From contig OY761611.1 of NCBI GenBank assembly GCA_963664875.1, positions 3,616,001-3,680,000 of the forward strand: DNA of 64,000 nucleotides, in the 5' to 3' direction. This document shows, piece by piece, positions 60,347-64,000 of this stretch. The notes beneath the pieces are model-generated. The model saw only the letters and a program-made list of their open reading frames with translations. It was not told where the DNA came from and did not search any database. The DNA is from Candidatus Kapaibacterium sp. GTDB taxonomy: Bacteria; Bacteroidota; Ignavibacteria; Kapaibacteriales; UBA2268. Both the position numbers and the translations under genes were made by a program. Every line of letters starts with the position of its first letter. Position 1 is the stretch's first letter.

Positions 60347-61891
60347 ATGTTAAAAGGACATCCGAAGGGGCTGATAGCCGCTTCTCTTGCCAATATGGGC
60401 GAGCGTTTTGGTTTCTATGTAATGATGGCAATTTTAGTACTGTTTTTGCAGGCTAAATTTGGCTTAGATGGAGGAGACGCAGGTCTTATTTATTCCATCT
60501 TTTATTTCTCTATTTATATCTTGGCTTTTGTTGGTGGTGTGATTGCCGATAAGCTGAGGAACTACAAAGGCACAATCTTTGTAGGCTTGCTTGTAATGGC
60601 ACTTGGCTATGCTATCATTGCGTTCCCGACCCCTACTCCTGTTCCTGATCAGACTTTGTTCTTGATTCTTACTTGCTTTGGCTTGTTTACAATAGCCTTT
60701 GGTAATGGTCTTTTCAAAGGAAATTTGCAGGCACTTGTTGGTCAGATGTATGACAATCCTGAGTATAGTGCAAAAAGAGATTCAGGTTTCTCTTTATTCT
60801 ACATGTTTATCAACGTAGGAGCCATGGTTGCTCCATTTATTGCTGTTGGTATTCGTAACTGGTATTTGGGTACACATGGTTTGGAGTACAGTGCTGATTT
60901 ACCGGCGTTGTGTCATCAGATGCTAACAGGTGGTTTAAGCCAAGATGCAATGACAATGTACACAAATCTCATGACTCAAGTTCAAATAGGAGCTTCCACA
61001 ATTTCTGATCCTATTGAATTTGCCAATGCTTATTTGAATGTATTCAATACAGGTTTCCATTATGCATTTGGTGCAGCAATTGTTGCAATGGCTATTTCTG
61101 TTACTATTTACTTAGTAAACAAAAACAGTTTCCCTAACGTTCAGAAAAAAGAAAAAGGTGGGGCAAGTGCTGACGCTCCTGAGATGGATCCGCAAGAAGT
61201 GAAACAACGCATCTGGGCTTTGTTAGCAGTATTTGGTGTTGTTATTTTCTTTTGGTTCTCATTCCATCAAAATGGTTTGACATTAACAATGTTTGCTAAA
61301 AACTATACTGATTTAAGTGCTATTGCAATAGATTTAGGATTTGTAAAAATTGAGGGTGCAGAAATATTTCAGTCCATCAATCCAATCTTTATCGTATTCC
61401 TAACTCCTGTAATTATGGCAGTATTTGGTTGGTTAAATGCAAAAGGTATGGAACCTTCTACTCCTAAGAAGATTGCTATCGGTATGTTTATAGCTGCAAT
61501 GGCGTATGTACTAATGGTGATTGGTTCTTTTGATGTTCCTTTGTTTGAAACAATTGACCCTGCAAAAGGTGGTGTTCCATTAGATAATGCTGCTAAGGTA
61601 ACTCCATTCTTGTTGATAGGTACTTATTTTATCCTAACAGTAGCTGAGTTATTTATTTCTCCGCTTGGTATTTCATTTGTATCTAAAGTAGCTCCTCCAC
61701 AGTATCAAGGTGTAATGCAAGGTGGCTGGTTAGGTGCAACTGCTTTGGGTAATCAATTGCTATTTATTGGTGCTATTCTATATGAATCAGTTCCTATATG
61801 GCTTACTTGGTCAGTATTTGTAGTGGCATGTTTAATTTCGATGTTTACGATGCTGTTTATGTTAAAATGGCTCGAAAAAATAGCGAAGTAA
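60347..61891 (+). CDS. Proton-dependent oligopeptide (POT/PTR) MFS transporter
   Basis: HPKGL, ERFGFY, GNGLFKGN, FYMFINVG, FQSINP and ELFISPLG. Confidence 0.94.
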   Translation: MLKGHPKGLIAASLANMGERFGFYVMMAILVLFLQAKFGLDGGDAGLIYSIFYFSIYILAFVGGVIADKLRNYKGTIFVGLLVMALGYAIIAFPTPTPVPDQTLFLILTCFGLFTIAFGNGLFKGNLQALVGQMYDNPEYSAKRDSGFSLFYMFINVGAMVAPFIAVGIRNWYLGTHGLEYSADLPALCHQMLTGGLSQDAMTMYTNLMTQVQIGASTISDPIEFANAYLNVFNTGFHYAFGAAIVAMAISVTIYLVNKNSFPNVQKKEKGGASADAPEMDPQEVKQRIWALLAVFGVVIFFWFSFHQNGLTLTMFAKNYTDLSAIAIDLGFVKIEGAEIFQSINPIFIVFLTPVIMAVFGWLNAKGMEPSTPKKIAIGMFIAAMAYVLMVIGSFDVPLFETIDPAKGGVPLDNAAKVTPFLLIGTYFILTVAELFISPLGISFVSKVAPPQYQGVMQGGWLGATALGNQLLFIGAILYESVPIWLTWSVFVVACLISMFTMLFMLKWLEKIAK

Positions 61892-61912
61892 ACAAAAACT
61901 TTATTATTTTTG

Positions 61913-61948
61913 AACCGTTCCTACATTTTTTGTTTGAACGGTTTTTTT
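61913..61948 (+). terminator. Intrinsic terminator
   Basis: AACCGTTC ... GAACGGTT followed by a T run. Confidence 0.7.
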
Positions 61949-61993
61949 ATATAGTTTTATAATACAGTAATAAGACAATACTGAGTAATTGAA

Positions 61994-64000
61994 ATGAAAT
62001 TTATACTGCTGTTTTTATTAGTTGCCCAATCAATTTATGCCGATAATTATACACAGATTGCAGTAAATTGTGGTGGAGAAGTGGAATATACATTAGAAGA
62101 TGGAATGGTTTATCAACCTGACGGATTATATTCTCTCCAAAGTGGATTTGGAGCCTCGAGAATGGGTAAAAAGCCTAATGCGTCTTTATTGGAAGATTTT
62201 GCTTTTCTAGGTTTAGAAATCAATACATATCCTTATCATATATATAACTCGGAAAATTATTCACCTGAAAAATATATTTTCAATCTCGAAAATGGGGATT
62301 ATGCTTTAGGATTGCATTTTATCGAGAGAGAGTATCATTCTGAAAACAAAAGAATATTTTCTGTGTTTGCAAATGATTCTCTAATTGTTGACTCGTTAGA
62401 CTTAATTAAGTCATTTGGAAGAGGGGTAGCCTGTTTTTCAAAGCATCTTGTTTCAATTACAGATAATAAACTAACACTAAAATTTGATGAAATCAAAGGT
62501 AAAGCAGTTATTTCAGGTATCTCACTGAGAAGAATAGATAGAGACAGCACGGCACCTGAAGAACCTAAAAATATTAAGTTTGTAGGTGGCTTGCGTAAGG
62601 TGTTTGCAAATTGGGATTATAATTTTGAACAGGATTTTGCAGGTTATAAAATTTATAAGCAAACGAAAGATGGTGAAGAAGAGATATTTTCTCATGCGTC
62701 GCGGTTTGTTGACTTTAATGTTTTATCTGATACAAGATACACATATAGAATAGCAACCATAGACCTTTGGGGGAATGAAAGTAAGAAATCAAAAGAATTT
62801 GATGTAAGAGTTTTAGATTTTAAAGACTCAAAACTACCTCTCATCTCAATTTCTATTTCGGAAGATTCTTTGAGGATACTTAATGATGATATATACGCTG
62901 ATCGAACGTTCGAATGCACTGTAAACTATCAAGGCGAGTTTTTTGCCGATGCAAAACTCAGATATAAGGGGCAAAGTTCAAGTAAATACAGAAAGAAAAA
63001 TTTTAAAATATTTTTAGATAATTGTACTTCAGATGGTTTCAATAATCTAAATTTGACTTCTCAATTGATTTCTACTTCTTTTTTAACAGAGGAACTTATT
63101 TGGACTGTTAAGAGAGAAAATTTTGATTTAACAAGCCAAACAAAGTTCGTACGTTTAGTCCTAAATGACAAAGATCAGGGTGTTTATCATCTAAGGCAAG
63201 ACGAGAACGGTAGTTTTTTGGAAAACAACAATATTGAATCTGCAAATATTTATAAGTCAAAATACTCTAATATGGGATATCTAAAAGATTTAGAAGAAGT
63301 TGAACTGAATTTTGAGATAGAGCACGAAGATATCAATGATAGCTATAGTAACCTAAATAATTTTATCCGGTTTATAAATCTAAGTAACGATACTGAGTTC
63401 AAATCAAAGATAGAAGACTATATAGATACAGAAACGTATATGCAAAAGAAGCTTCTGATTAATTATCTTGCTGATAACGATCAAATGAGGCATAATTTTT
63501 TTTTACTTTTCAACTGGGGAACTGAAAGATGGGTTTATCTACCTTATGATCACAATTATGCTTTATCAAGTTTTTCTATGCCTCTTGAGTATCACATTGT
63601 ACCTACAGAAGATGCAGACGGTTATCAAATTCTTATCAATAGATTATATAAGATTCCAGAGTATCGGTTCAGAATGTATCAAATCATGTCTAACTTTATA
63701 TTAAAGTATAACAGCAAAAGGCTTACTGAAATAAGAGATTCTTTGTTTAATTGTGTAGAATACGATTTGAACTTAGACAATACAAATATAAGTGGTGAAG
63801 AAACTGGCTATATCTATGATAAAAACTGTTGGTTGAATCAATTTTTTATAGATCGTGAAAATTTCGCAAAAGAGAATCTCTCTGTATTTTTGCCAAAGCA
63901 ATATACTCCTAACTACGAAATTATACTTAATGAGTACAGCAATCAAAAGCCCAGATATATTGAGCTATTCAATAATTCTTTTGTGGTAGCAGAAATAGAT
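61994..64000 (+). CDS. Secreted malectin + Fn3 + CotH kinase + lamin-tail domain protein (3' end outside window; not in ORF track)
   Basis: Manual translation: MKFILLFLLVAQSIYA..AVNCGG (malectin), APEEP...AGYKIY (Fn3), LRYKGQSS...KKNFKI, HNFFL and LPYDHN (CotH), IILNE...YIELFN (LTD). Confidence 0.8.
   Translation, partial: MKFILLFLLVAQSIYADNYTQIAVNCGGEVEYTLEDGMVYQPDGLYSLQSGFGASRMGKKPNASLLEDFAFLGLEINTYPYHIYNSENYSPEKYIFNLENGDYALGLHFIEREYHSENKRIFSVFANDSLIVDSLDLIKSFGRGVACFSKHLVSITDNKLTLKFDEIKGKAVISGISLRRIDRDSTAPEEPKNIKFVGGLRKVFANWDYNFEQDFAGYKIYKQTKDGEEEIFSHASRFVDFNVLSDTRYTYRIATIDLWGNESKKSKEFDVRVLDFKDSKLPLISISISEDSLRILNDDIYADRTFECTVNYQGEFFADAKLRYKGQSSSKYRKKNFKIFLDNCTSDGFNNLNLTSQLISTSFLTEELIWTVKRENFDLTSQTKFVRLVLNDKDQGVYHLRQDENGSFLENNNIESANIYKSKYSNMGYLKDLEEVELNFEIEHEDINDSYSNLNNFIRFINLSNDTEFKSKIEDYIDTETYMQKKLLINYLADNDQMRHNFFLLFNWGTERWVYLPYDHNYALSSFSMPLEYHIVPTEDADGYQILINRLYKIPEYRFRMYQIMSNFILKYNSKRLTEIRDSLFNCVEYDLNLDNTNISGEETGYIYDKNCWLNQFFIDRENFAKENLSVFLPKQYTPNYEIILNEYSNQKPRYIELFNNSFVVAEID

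Noticed and set aside
839-62919. Numerous antisense or overlapping short ORFs in the ORF track
   Set aside because: They are shadows of well-supported genes on the opposite strand or in another frame.

Overview
AT-rich bacterial chromosomal window, most likely FCB group and Candidatus Kapabacteria/Ignavibacteria-like. That placement is inferred from several T9SS type-A C-terminal domains, TAnnTTTG-type promoter elements and double-OmpA and GEVED proteins. The backbone is housekeeping: rpsU (partial), an aminotransferase with pckA, nrdJ, ahcY/metK, thyX, ansA, fbp, miaB, mlaE, pdxJ, asnB, folB/folK, dnaG and a POT transporter. The accessory signals are: (1) a ~9 kb islet (21.0-29.6 kb) whose gene modules (secreted peptide/lipoprotein operon, DUF2279, Fic-wHTH, HEPN) are separated by four direct copies of a palindromic GTGTCC-N18-GGACAC repeat, with a fifth site in the Fic promoter; (2) a phage-switch-like trio of a Mor-like activator, an HTH repressor carrying an Ala-Ala-Gly motif and a separately encoded S24 peptidase, with an AGTA-N5-TACT operator array; (3) an ECF sigma factor followed by a membrane-anchored partner ending in a T9SS CTD; (4) a complete ISAs1 element inserted exactly into the IPTL-CTERM sorting signal of a large surface protein; (5) a DUF805 islet integrated at the nrdJ 3' end; (6) several MITE/REP families. 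No rRNA, tRNA or CRISPR array was recognised. All calls come from reading the sequence by eye, without database searches.
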